This document shows positions 9,419 through 17,989 of a stretch of DNA of 38,350 bases, piece after piece. The translations under genes and the position numbers were made by a program. The stretch comes from an uncultured Opitutia bacterium. GTDB taxonomy: Bacteria > Verrucomicrobiota > Verrucomicrobiia > Opitutales > UBA953. The notes under the pieces were generated by a model. The model worked only from the letters and a program-made list of their open reading frames with translations. It was not told the DNA's origin and did no database searches. Location: contig CALEEU010000088.1 in the NCBI GenBank assembly GCA_937875975.1, positions 1 through 38,350 of the forward strand, written 5' to 3'. Positions within the stretch are counted from its first letter, which is position 1, and each line of letters begins with the position of its first letter.

Positions 9419-10773
9419 AGCTCGAGGGGGACGCCCGGCTCGGGGTCGTGCACGCGGGTGCCGGGCATCGCGGCGGCGAGGGTTTCCTTCATCCAGGCGC
9501 GGGCGGGCGGGTCGCCGTGCGTCAGGATGATGTCCTTCGGTTCGAGGGCCTTCGCGAAATCAATCAGTTCCTCGCGGTCGGCGTGGCCGCTCAGGTGGAA
9601 GCGTTCGACCTTGGCGCGCAGCGTCGAGGTATGGTCGAGCGACTTGAATCTGAACTCTCCGCCCGGATTCATGCCGATGAGTTCGCCCCCCGGGGTCTCC
9701 GGATCGCAGTAGCCGACGAAGAACACCGCGTTCTCCTCGTGGTCGAGCATGTTGGCGGCGACGCGCCAGGCCGGAGTCTTCTCGACGAGCATGCCGCTCG
9801 AGAGGAGGTAGATGCCGCGTTCAGGCATGTTCTTGCCGGGCTGGGTGTACTTACGCGATAGCGGCAAGATACCGAGGTCGCGGAGGACTTGGCGGCTGAA
9901 CTTAACCTGTTTCGTCTTCTTGCTGGCGGCATCGAGATAGTCGCAGAGATCCATGCCGAGTCCCGAGCAGAAGATCGGCACGTCGGCGAGATTGCCCGCG
10001 TCGGCGGCTTCCTGAAGCAGCATCAGGATCTCCTGCATGCGGCCGAAGGCGAACGCCGGCAGGAGGACCGAGCCGCCTTCGTCGCAGATGGCGTTGACGG
10101 CCTTGATCAGGCGCTGCTCTTCCTTGCCGCGGTCGAAGCCCGGGACGGTCGCCGTGGCGCCGCGGGTGCATTCCATGACGAGGGTATCGACCGGCGTGCG
10201 CGGGAAGTTGGCGCCGGCGACGGTGCGCTGGGCCTTGAAATGGACGTCTCCTGTGAAGAAATGCTTCTTCTTACGGTGCTCGATGAGGCAGCCCACCGCG
10301 CCGGCGACGTGGCCCGCGAGGTGGAAACTGAGGGCGACTTCTTCGCCGCCGCGGCCGATCATGCGCGGGTTGGCGATGGGTACCGCCGCGAGGGCGTGTT
10401 CGACGCGTTCGACGTCGGTCTCGACGTAGAGAGGGTAGTCCTGGTTGCCGGTCTCCTCGCGCTGGCGCTTCATGACCTGGATGGAGTTGCTCAGCAGCCG
10501 GCGGACGAAGAGCGTGGTGGCGGCGGAGGCGTAGACGCGCGACGTCGGGTGCTGCTTCAGGAGCAAGGGCAGCGAGCCGAGGTGGTCCAGGTGGCAGTGC
10601 GTCAGGATCACGCCGTCGACGTTGCCTTGGATCTTATCGATCTGGGGCAAGGCCTTGCGGCCGTCGAGCTTGGGGTGGAGGCCGCAATCGATCACCAGCC
10701 GCAGGCCGCCGAATTCGGCGAGCATGCAGTTGGCGCCGATCTCACGGCCGGAGTTCAGGTCGGTAAGTCGCAT
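9415..10773 (-). CDS. MBL-fold beta-CASP family hydrolase (CPSF73/TTHA0252-like ribonuclease)
   Basis: MBL motifs HCHLDH, AGH and TGD. Beta-CASP motifs MECT (A), LSGHAD (B) and ILTHGD (C). 452 aa, with no RNase J C-terminal domain. Confidence 0.8.
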   Translation of the reverse strand: MRLTDLNSGREIGANCMLAEFGGLRLVIDCGLHPKLDGRKALPQIDKIQGNVDGVILTHCHLDHLGSLPLLLKQHPTSRVYASAATTLFVRRLLSNSIQVMKRQREETGNQDYPLYVETDVERVEHALAAVPIANPRMIGRGGEEVALSFHLAGHVAGAVGCLIEHRKKKHFFTGDVHFKAQRTVAGANFPRTPVDTLVMECTRGATATVPGFDRGKEEQRLIKAVNAICDEGGSVLLPAFAFGRMQEILMLLQEAADAGNLADVPIFCSGLGMDLCDYLDAASKKTKQVKFSRQVLRDLGILPLSRKYTQPGKNMPERGIYLLSSGMLVEKTPAWRVAANMLDHEENAVFFVGYCDPETPGGELIGMNPGGEFRFKSLDHTSTLRAKVERFHLSGHADREELIDFAKALEPKDIILTHGDPPARAWMKETLAAAMPGTRVHDPEPGVPLEL

Positions 10774-11204
10774 CAGGAAGGGTCGGAAGGAGGGGTCAGG
10801 GCGAAGACCGGGATACGCGTGAAGATGCGTTCGCCGGATAGGGTGGTGCCGTGGAAGGAGCCCTCGGCCGTCAGCGGTCCGCCGGCGAGGTGATAGCTGT
10901 TATAGGAGAACTTCTCGCCCGGGGGGAGGGTGGGGGTCTCGCCGACGATGCCGTCGCCCTCGACGATCTCGATGGTTCCGTCTGGGGCGCGAATGATCCA
11001 TTTCCGGCCCAGCAACTTCACCGTCTCCTGGGAGAGGTTGCTGATGGTCAGGAAGTAGACGAAGGCGTGCGGGGTTTCGGGAGGGAAGTTCACATCCCTA
11101 TGGTGCACCACCTTGTCGACGGTGACCCTGAGGCCTGGGAGTTCCTTTCCGGTGGGTTGCACGTTGGCCAAGACAAGAGGGGTTGGCCCTGTTACGGAAG
11201 CCAT
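10773..11204 (-). CDS. apaG: ApaG (DUF525) domain protein
   Basis: HAFVYFLTISNLSQETVKLLGRKWIIRAPDGTIEIVEGDGIVGETPTLPPGEKFSYNS matches the ApaG fold signature. Start placed at ATG 11204 (MASVTG..). The track ORF to 11327 would overlap the divergent gene. Confidence 0.8.
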   Translation of the reverse strand: MASVTGPTPLVLANVQPTGKELPGLRVTVDKVVHHRDVNFPPETPHAFVYFLTISNLSQETVKLLGRKWIIRAPDGTIEIVEGDGIVGETPTLPPGEKFSYNSYHLAGGPLTAEGSFHGTTLSGERIFTRIPVFALTPPSDPS

Positions 11205-11277
11205 AAATCGGCGAATCGAGCGGTATTTACCCTTCCCGTCTTGCCCCGAGGGCCTGACGACCTTTGATGGGCTTCGG

Positions 11278-13848
11278 ATGTCTACCATAGCTGAGCGTAA
11301 GCGCAACTTCGGGCGCGTTCCGGTCAAGTGGATCGTCCTGGCGTGCTATGTCCTGCTGGTCCTCGTCTCCCGCTGGGTCACTTCGGCCGACCGGGTACCC
11401 AACCCCGAGCTGGCCCAGCGGGTGGAATTCACGCCGCTCGGCAGTCCGCCGGGCCATACCGCTTTACCGGTCATCGTCATCCCCCGTCTCCCGGACGGTG
11501 GCGCCGACTTAAATCAGGCCGCCGTCGACCTCGTCAAGATACCGAAGGTCGCCGACGACGTGGGCCCGGTCTACGCTATCCGCTGGCCGACCGCCTACCA
11601 TCGTTCGCGCGCGTCGATGAGCGACGAGAGCATCGCCGACGACATGCTGCGTTCGATGGAGCCGCGACTCGGCAAGGGTCGCTTCCATCTCGTCGGCGAA
11701 GGCATGGGCGGGATGGTCGCCCTCGCGGTCGCGACGAAGTATCCGGACCGCGTGGCCTCGCTGACGCTGATTTCCGCGCCCGGCGCCCAGGAATATACGC
11801 TCCTCGGTAACGCCGTCGCCAACAAGTTCGTCTACTTCTTCCATCACATCCCGTTCTTCCTGTTCGACGTCGCCACGCCCCATTTCGGGCTGGCCGACCG
11901 CCTGCCTTATAACCGCGGTTACTCCGGCGTCTTCTTCGACAGCGACCTCTCGGGCGCCAAGGCCATGCTCCGCGCCTGGGCCGGCCCGACGCTCATCGTG
12001 CATGGCAGCTCCGACTGGATCACGCCCGTCGATGCCGCCCGCTATTCCGCCCGGCTCATGCCGCAGGCCAGGCTGATCGAGTTCGAAGGCGGACACGGCC
12101 GCGAGGTCGCGCAGGCGGCCGCCGAAGACATTCGACGCTTCATCGTCGACGTCGAGGCCGGTAAGGCCCCGCGCCGTGCTGCGCCCGTACCGGCGACCGA
12201 GCCTTATCCGCATCTGGTGGCCTCGGATGGCGCCCGCTTCTGGATCCTCGTCCTCATCATCATCCTCTGCACCTTCGTGGCGGAGGATCCGACCTGCCTG
12301 GCCGCGGGCCTCCTCGCGGCCGAAGGCATCATCGGTTTCTGGTGGGCCGCGCTGGCCTGCACGGTGGGTATCTTCATCGGCGACATGGTCCTCTACGCGC
12401 TCGGCCGCTGGCTGGGTCGCGACGCGCTGCGGCGCGCGCCGCTCAAGTGGATCGTCAAGGAGCACGAGATCGACCGCATGGCCGGCTGGTTCGGTTCGCC
12501 GCGCGGCATGCTCGTGATCGTCAGTTCACGCTTCATCCCCGCCAGCCGCGTCCCGACCTTCGTGACTGCGGGAATCCTGCGTCTCGGCCTGCCGCGCCTG
12601 GCGATGCTGCTCTTCACCGCGGCGCTCGTCTGGACGCCGGTGCTCATGCTGCTCGGCAGCACGCTCGGACCGCCTTTCATGGAGCAGTTCCCGCGCTACA
12701 AACAGTACGCTGCGTGGATCTTGCTCGGCCTCTTCGCCTTGATCTGGATCGGCACGCATTGGCTTGTCCCCGCCATGACCTGGCGCGGCCGCCGGGAGAT
12801 CGTCATGAAGGTGCGCGGTCTGCTCCAGCCTTCGCTCTGGCCCGCGTGGCTGCTCTACCTGCCGGTCCGCCTCGGCATCGTGCTCCTCTGCCTCCGTCAT
12901 CGCCGCCTGACGGCCTTCGCTTCCGCCAACCCCGCCTTCGGTCGCATCGGCGGTTTCATCGGCGACTCCAAGTCGCTCCTCCTGCGTCCGTTCCAGCGCG
13001 ATTCCCGCTGCTGCCCGACGCTCGCTCTTTCGCTCGAGGATGCGGCGGAAGAACGCGTCAAGGAAGCCGCTGCCTTCGCGGCCTGCCATGGTTTCCCGGT
13101 CGTCTTCAAGCCGGAGGTCGCCGAAGACGGCGCCGGTCTACGTTTCCTTCATACGCAGGAGCAGCTCGAGCGCCTCGTCCGCGGCGCCACGGAGGACTTC
13201 CTTCTGCAGAAGTTCATCGCCGGTTTCGAGTTCGAGGTGGTCTGGCGCCGCAACCCGGGCAAGGACGACGGCCATATCATGGCGCTCGTCCAGAAGCGCG
13301 ACGTCACCGTGCGCGGCGATGGCGAGCAGACGCTCGAAGAGCTCATCTGGCTGGACGAGGTCGCGGTCTCGCGCGGCGGACTTTTCATCCAGTGCCACGC
13401 GCGCGATCTGAACCGCGTCATCCCCGCCGGCGAGAAGGTGACGCTCAATCTTACCGGTAGCTACGGCCATGGCGCCCGCTGCCTCCACCGCCACGACCTG
13501 CTTACCGTGGAACTCGACACCGCGATGACGGCCTTCGCCAAGCGCTTCCCGGGCCTCCACTTCGCCCGCTTCGACCTCCGCGCCGTCTCGGTCGAGGACC
13601 TCAAGGCCGGTCGCTTCACCGTGACCGAGGTCGGTGGTTGCTGCCACGTCTCGAGCCTGCTGCGCGACGAGTCGCTCCGTTTCTCCCGTTCATACGCGAT
13701 CGTCTGGAGCCAGATCAAGGCCTGCCTCGAGGCCGGCGCCTACAACCTTTCGCAGAAGGTCCGCCCCGTGCCGCTCGATGAGCTGATGGCCCGCTGGAGC
13801 CAGGCCCGCGGTCGTCACGACGAGTTTGCCGTCAGCGAGGAGCTCTGA
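11278..13848 (+). CDS. Multidomain membrane protein: alpha/beta-hydrolase fold + DedA/VTT membrane domain + C-terminal ATP-grasp ligase
   Basis: Alpha/beta elbow region HLVGEGMGGMVALAVATKYPDRV, then HGSSDWITPV and FEGGHG. VTT-like FVAEDPTCLAAGLL..GDMVLYALGRWLGR..SRFIPASRVPTFVTAG. ATP-grasp VVFKPEVAEDGAGLRF, QKFIAGFEFEVVW, VRGDGEQTLEELI, NLTGSYGHGA and FARFDLR. Start placed at ATG 11278 (MSTIAERK..). Confidence 0.7.
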   Translation: MSTIAERKRNFGRVPVKWIVLACYVLLVLVSRWVTSADRVPNPELAQRVEFTPLGSPPGHTALPVIVIPRLPDGGADLNQAAVDLVKIPKVADDVGPVYAIRWPTAYHRSRASMSDESIADDMLRSMEPRLGKGRFHLVGEGMGGMVALAVATKYPDRVASLTLISAPGAQEYTLLGNAVANKFVYFFHHIPFFLFDVATPHFGLADRLPYNRGYSGVFFDSDLSGAKAMLRAWAGPTLIVHGSSDWITPVDAARYSARLMPQARLIEFEGGHGREVAQAAAEDIRRFIVDVEAGKAPRRAAPVPATEPYPHLVASDGARFWILVLIIILCTFVAEDPTCLAAGLLAAEGIIGFWWAALACTVGIFIGDMVLYALGRWLGRDALRRAPLKWIVKEHEIDRMAGWFGSPRGMLVIVSSRFIPASRVPTFVTAGILRLGLPRLAMLLFTAALVWTPVLMLLGSTLGPPFMEQFPRYKQYAAWILLGLFALIWIGTHWLVPAMTWRGRREIVMKVRGLLQPSLWPAWLLYLPVRLGIVLLCLRHRRLTAFASANPAFGRIGGFIGDSKSLLLRPFQRDSRCCPTLALSLEDAAEERVKEAAAFAACHGFPVVFKPEVAEDGAGLRFLHTQEQLERLVRGATEDFLLQKFIAGFEFEVVWRRNPGKDDGHIMALVQKRDVTVRGDGEQTLEELIWLDEVAVSRGGLFIQCHARDLNRVIPAGEKVTLNLTGSYGHGARCLHRHDLLTVELDTAMTAFAKRFPGLHFARFDLRAVSVEDLKAGRFTVTEVGGCCHVSSLLRDESLRFSRSYAIVWSQIKACLEAGAYNLSQKVRPVPLDELMARWSQARGRHDEFAVSEEL

Positions 13849-14445
13849 TCAGGCCCGCGCGGTGAACGCGTGGCAGAGGGCCGCCGCGGCCGCGTCGGAT
13901 TCATCCAAGGCCAGTTCTTCACCCAGGCGGAGCACCGTCCGAATCATCCGGCCGACCTGTTCCTTCTTGGCGCCGCCATGGCCCGCCACCGCGAGCTTGA
14001 TGCGTGTGGGGGCGTATTCGCCCACCTTGACGCCAAGGCGGGCGAGCACGCTGAGGGCGGCGCCGCGCGAGGCGCCCATCGCCTGGGCGGTGCGGAAGTT
14101 CTGGACGTAGATCGTCTCCTCGATGGAGGCGTGTGTGACCGTATGCTCGCGGACGAGTTTCTCCACCGCGTCGGCGATAAGCCCAAGGCACTCATAGGCT
14201 TCGAACTTCGGGCTTAGCTTCAGCGTGACGCTGGCGAGCAGGCGCATCGGCTCCGAGCGCGCATCGATGACGGCCAGGCCGGTGCCGCGCAGCGAAGGGT
14301 CGATCCCGAGGATGATCGCGCGACAGCCACGGCCGGCGGGAGCGACCGCAGCCTTGCGGGCACGGGGCGACTTCGCCCCCGTCGGCGTCGACGCGACGCC
14401 GCGGAGCTTATCCGTCCAGAGCGTGCGGGAGGATTTGCGGGCCAT
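13849..14445 (-). CDS. ruvC: Crossover junction endodeoxyribonuclease RuvC (with about 43-aa basic N-terminal extension)
   Basis: ILGIDPSLRGTGLAVID (first catalytic Asp), EETIYVQNFRTAQAMGASRGAA, GHGGAKKEQV and DESDAAAAALCH. There is no alternative in-frame ATG/GTG/TTG between 14445 and the RuvC core. Confidence 0.85.
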   Translation of the reverse strand: MARKSSRTLWTDKLRGVASTPTGAKSPRARKAAVAPAGRGCRAIILGIDPSLRGTGLAVIDARSEPMRLLASVTLKLSPKFEAYECLGLIADAVEKLVREHTVTHASIEETIYVQNFRTAQAMGASRGAALSVLARLGVKVGEYAPTRIKLAVAGHGGAKKEQVGRMIRTVLRLGEELALDESDAAAAALCHAFTARA

Positions 14446-14535
14446 GACGCGAGGATGATAAGGTCAGCCCTGATTTCGACAGCAAAAGCATCGGCGACGG
14501 ATTGCCAAGGGGCCGGGGCAGGGTAGGGTGACCGC

Positions 14536-15450
14536 ATGCGGATCGCGCTCCACCTCGCCTGCCTGACTTGGGTCGCTTCCGGCTTAGGCGCCGAGCCTGA
14601 GGTCATCCGTCGCGAGGTGCCGACCATGCCCTCGGTTGAACTGAAGAGCGCGGGGAAGCTGAACCTCAAGCTCGTCCCGGAATGTTCGGCGCTCTGGGTC
14701 AGTCCCTCGCAGCCGGGGGTGTTCTGGACGCTGGCCGATTCCGGCGCCAAAGCCGCCATCACCCCGATTCGGATGGACGGCACCATGGTGCCCGTCGGCA
14801 AGACCTACTGGGGAGCGGTCGCGCTCAAGGGCGCCACGAACGTGGACTGGGAAGCCATCACGGGGGATGCCGCCGGGAATATGGTCGTCGGCGATGTCGG
14901 CAACAACGTCTCCCGCCGCAAGGAACTAGCCTTCTACCTTTTTAAGGAGCCCGCCCCCGGCGTCAGGGAGGTGGCCGAAGTCCGCAAGGTGAGCTTCGCA
15001 TGGCCGGATCAGACTGCCTTTCCCGACCCCGAGCTCGCATATGACTGTGAGGCGATCTTCATGTTGCGCGGGAAGCTCTATCTTCTGACCAAGCATCGCC
15101 GGGATACCCTCACGGACCTCTGGCGCGCGGACATCCCGCCGGTCGGAGACCGGGCGATGCTGACGAAGCTAGCCCGCTTCGATGTCGGTGGCATGGTCAC
15201 CGACGCTTGCGTCTCACCGGATCAGAAGCGTCTCGCCATCCTGACCTATCGCAATGTCTGGGTCTTCGACGTCCCGTTGGTCGGCGAAGATTTCTTCCGC
15301 GCGCCGGCCCTCCATGCGCCGATTTCGCCGCCGATGCTTTCCTTTCAGGTCGAGGGCTGCTCTTGGGTCGACAACGGCCACCTCCTCCTCGGGTCCGAGC
15401 AGGGTGATCTCTTCCGCATCGCGCTGACGGACCTCCGCGAGGCGAAGTAG
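14536..15450 (+). CDS. Secreted hypothetical protein (possibly beta-propeller-like)
   Basis: Signal peptide MRIALHLACLTWVASGLGA. Motifs such as ECSALWVSPSQPGVFWTLADSG and DWEAITGDAAGNMVVGDVGNN recall SdiA-regulated/phytase-like propellers. The family assignment is unverified. Confidence 0.5.
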   Translation: MRIALHLACLTWVASGLGAEPEVIRREVPTMPSVELKSAGKLNLKLVPECSALWVSPSQPGVFWTLADSGAKAAITPIRMDGTMVPVGKTYWGAVALKGATNVDWEAITGDAAGNMVVGDVGNNVSRRKELAFYLFKEPAPGVREVAEVRKVSFAWPDQTAFPDPELAYDCEAIFMLRGKLYLLTKHRRDTLTDLWRADIPPVGDRAMLTKLARFDVGGMVTDACVSPDQKRLAILTYRNVWVFDVPLVGEDFFRAPALHAPISPPMLSFQVEGCSWVDNGHLLLGSEQGDLFRIALTDLREAK

Positions 15451-15455
15451 AACAA

Positions 15456-15486
15456 GAAGACCGGCGGCGCAGGGCCACCGGTCTTC
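15456..15486. terminator. Hairpin between convergent genes (secreted protein + / tkt -)
   Basis: 9-bp arms GAAGACCGG / CCGGTCTTC with a 13-nt loop. U-tracts are weak on both strands. Confidence 0.45.
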
Positions 15487-15507
15487 GGTGAGGCGATGTC
15501 AGGTCGC

Positions 15508-17502
15508 TTAGAGCGCCTTGGCGGCGGCGATCACCGCTTCCTTCGTGATGCCCAGTTCCTTCATCACCACGTCGCCCGGAGCGGAGAGGCCGAAGGTGTC
15601 GGTGCCGATGGCCTTGCCGGCGGTGCCGACATAGCGGCCCCACGAGATCGTCACGCCGGCTTCGATGCTGACGCGCTTCGTGCAGGCGGCGGGCAGGACT
15701 TCTTCCTGGTAGGCCTTCGGCTGACGCGCGAAGACTTCCATCGAAGGCATCGAGACCACGCGGACACCCGCGCCGAGTTCTTCGCCGGCCGCGAGGGCGA
15801 GCGAAAGTTCGCTGCCCGTGCCGATGAGGATGTGGGTGAGCGCGGCGGTTTCCTTGCGGAGGACGTAGCCACCCTTGAGCGTACCCTGGCGGCGCGTGGC
15901 CACCGGGACGGCATCGAGGGACGGGACGTTCTGGCGCGAGAGGATGAGGGCGACCGGTCCGTCCTTGCGGGCGACCGCGTGGGCGAAGGCGGCGGCGGTC
16001 TCTTCGGCGTCGCCGGGGCGGACCACGTCGAGGTTAGGGATGCAGCGCAGGGCGCTGACGGTTTCCACCGGCTGGTGGGTCGGGCCGTCTTCGCCGACGC
16101 CGACGGAGTCATGCGTGAAGATGTAGAAGGCCTGCAGCTTCGCCAGGGCGGCGACGCGGATCGACGGGCGGAGGTAGTCGGAGAACGTCAGGAACGTCGC
16201 GCCGGAGCCCTTGAAGATGCCGTGGTAGGCCATGCCGTTGAGGATGGCGCCCATCCCGTGCTCACGGATGCCGAAGTAGAGGTTGCGGCCAGCCGGGGTC
16301 GCGATGTCGAAATCGCCGGCGTCCTTGATGTAGTTCTTGGTCGAGCCGTGAAGGTCGGCGGAACCGGAGAGCACGAGCGGCGAAGCCTTGGCGACGGCGT
16401 TGATGCACGCTTCACCGGAGAGACGGGTGGCGAGGGCGTTCTTGCCGAATTCCGGGATGGCGGTGAGGAGCGACTGGACGTCGCCGTGGTCGCCTTTCTG
16501 CGCCTTGGCGAGGAGGACGGCTTTCTCGGGGTTGGCCTTGGACCAAGCGGCGAAAGTCTTCTGCCATTCGGCATGCGCGGCGGCCTGCTGGGCCTTGCGG
16601 GCGTTGAAGTATGCACGGGTCTCCGGGGAGACGTAGAACTTTTCTTCCGGCAGGCCGAGGGCCTTGCGGGAGGCGTCGACGAACTTCACGCCGGCTTCGC
16701 CGTGACCCTTGGAGGTGCCTTGGACTTCGGCGATACCCTTGCCGATGACGGTCTTGCAGATGATCAGCTTCGGCTTGCCGTTCTTGCTGGCGCGGGCCTG
16801 GTCGAGGGCCGCGGCGATCGGAGCGAGCTCGTTGCCCTGCTTGACGGTGAAGACTTCCCAGTTGGCGGCTTCGTAGCGCTTGGCGGTGTCCTCGTTCTGC
16901 GTCTTGGAGGCCATCGCGTCGAGGGTGACGTCGTTGGAGTCGTACAGCATGATGAGGTTATCGAGGCCGAAACGGCCGGCGAAGGAAGCGGCTTCCTGTG
17001 AGATGCCTTCCTGGAGGCAGCCGTCGCCGGCGAGGCCGACCACGATGTGGTCGAAGATCTGATGCTCGGCGGTGTTGAAGTGGGCGGCGGCCATCTTGGC
17101 GGCGACGGCCATGCCGACGATGTTGCCGGTGCCTTGACCGAGCGGGCCGGTGGTGGCTTCGACGCCGACCGTCTCGCCGAACTCGGGGTGACCCGGGGTC
17201 TTGGAGTGGAGCTTGCGGAAGTTCTTCACTTCCTGGAGGGGGAGGTCGAAACCAGCGAGGTGGATCCAGCTGTAGACGAACATCGAGCCGTGGCCGGCCG
17301 AAAGGACGAAGCGGTCGCGGTTGATCCAGGAGGGGGCGGCGGGGTCGTGGCGGAGGAAGTTACCGTAGAGCACGGAGCCGATTTCGGCGGCGCCGAGAGG
17401 CAGGCCGAGGTGTCCCGAGTGGCAGGCGGCGACGGCATCCATGGCGAGGCCACGGGCTTCGGTGGCGGCGCGGGAAAGGTCGGCGGAATTGTTGAGCGAC
17501 AT
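15508..17502 (-). CDS. tkt: Transketolase
   Basis: [12 protein letters not shown], the ThDP motif [35 protein letters not shown] and the C-terminal domain. Start placed at ATG 17502 (MSLNNSAD..; 664 aa). Confidence 0.95.
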   Translation of the reverse strand: MSLNNSADLSRAATEARGLAMDAVAACHSGHLGLPLGAAEIGSVLYGNFLRHDPAAPSWINRDRFVLSAGHGSMFVYSWIHLAGFDLPLQEVKNFRKLHSKTPGHPEFGETVGVEATTGPLGQGTGNIVGMAVAAKMAAAHFNTAEHQIFDHIVVGLAGDGCLQEGISQEAASFAGRFGLDNLIMLYDSNDVTLDAMASKTQNEDTAKRYEAANWEVFTVKQGNELAPIAAALDQARASKNGKPKLIICKTVIGKGIAEVQGTSKGHGEAGVKFVDASRKALGLPEEKFYVSPETRAYFNARKAQQAAAHAEWQKTFAAWSKANPEKAVLLAKAQKGDHGDVQSLLTAIPEFGKNALATRLSGEACINAVAKASPLVLSGSADLHGSTKNYIKDAGDFDIATPAGRNLYFGIREHGMGAILNGMAYHGIFKGSGATFLTFSDYLRPSIRVAALAKLQAFYIFTHDSVGVGEDGPTHQPVETVSALRCIPNLDVVRPGDAEETAAAFAHAVARKDGPVALILSRQNVPSLDAVPVATRRQGTLKGGYVLRKETAALTHILIGTGSELSLALAAGEELGAGVRVVSMPSMEVFARQPKAYQEEVLPAACTKRVSIEAGVTISWGRYVGTAGKAIGTDTFGLSAPGDVVMKELGITKEAVIAAAKAL

Positions 17503-17578
17503 AGGCTTAATCCGTAAGGCATAAACGGGTGGGGTTTCCAGCCTTGAATGAGCCTCCAAACCCCTTCAAAAAGGTCAC

Positions 17579-17986
17579 ATGTCCGACAAAGAACTCGAAG
17601 AAGGCCTGGCCCTACGACTCGACTTCGGGAAATTGCGAAAAATCGCTTCCGGACAGGCCGATGTCATCCCGGCCGTGGCCCAGGACGCCCAGACCGGCGA
17701 AGTGCTCATCGTCGGCTACGTCAACGAGCTCGCCCTGCAGACGGCGCTCCGTGAAAAGAAGGCCACCTTCTGGAGCACGTCGCGCAACGAACTTTGGATC
17801 AAGGGCCTGACTTCCGGCGATTTCCTCGAGCTCCTCGAGGTGCGTGTCAACTGCGAGCAGAACTCGATCCTCTACAAGGTCCGTCCCGCGGGTCAGGGCG
17901 CCTGCCACACGAAGGAGGATGGTAAGGCTCGCTCGGGTTGCTACTACCGTCGACTCAAGGCCGACGGTTCGCTGGAGAAGGCCTGA
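17579..17986 (+). CDS. hisI: Phosphoribosyl-AMP cyclohydrolase (monofunctional HisI)
   Basis: IPAVAQDAQTGEVLIVGYVNELAL, FWSTSRNELWIKGLTSG, VNCEQNSILYKV and GACHT..SGCYY. 135 aa. Confidence 0.9.
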   Translation: MSDKELEEGLALRLDFGKLRKIASGQADVIPAVAQDAQTGEVLIVGYVNELALQTALREKKATFWSTSRNELWIKGLTSGDFLELLEVRVNCEQNSILYKVRPAGQGACHTKEDGKARSGCYYRRLKADGSLEKA

Positions 17987-17989
17987 GCC

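Noticed and set aside
11113-11327. Longer N-terminal versions of several track ORFs (11113 for the fusion gene, 11327 for apaG, 17559 for tkt, 6632 for rpoN, 30575 for folA, 20412 for the RRM gene, 20558 for PCD)
   Set aside because: The extensions would make divergent genes overlap, or would overlap an upstream gene (folA over thyA). They add residues that do not match the family N-termini. Internal ATG/GTG starts give canonical lengths. The starts remain unverified.
15496-17001. 501-aa ORF on the + strand opposite transketolase
   Set aside because: It is antisense to an unambiguous tkt gene. The translation is Gly/Arg/Ala/Asp/Glu-rich low complexity with no motifs. This is the typical stop-codon-poor shadow frame of high-GC DNA.
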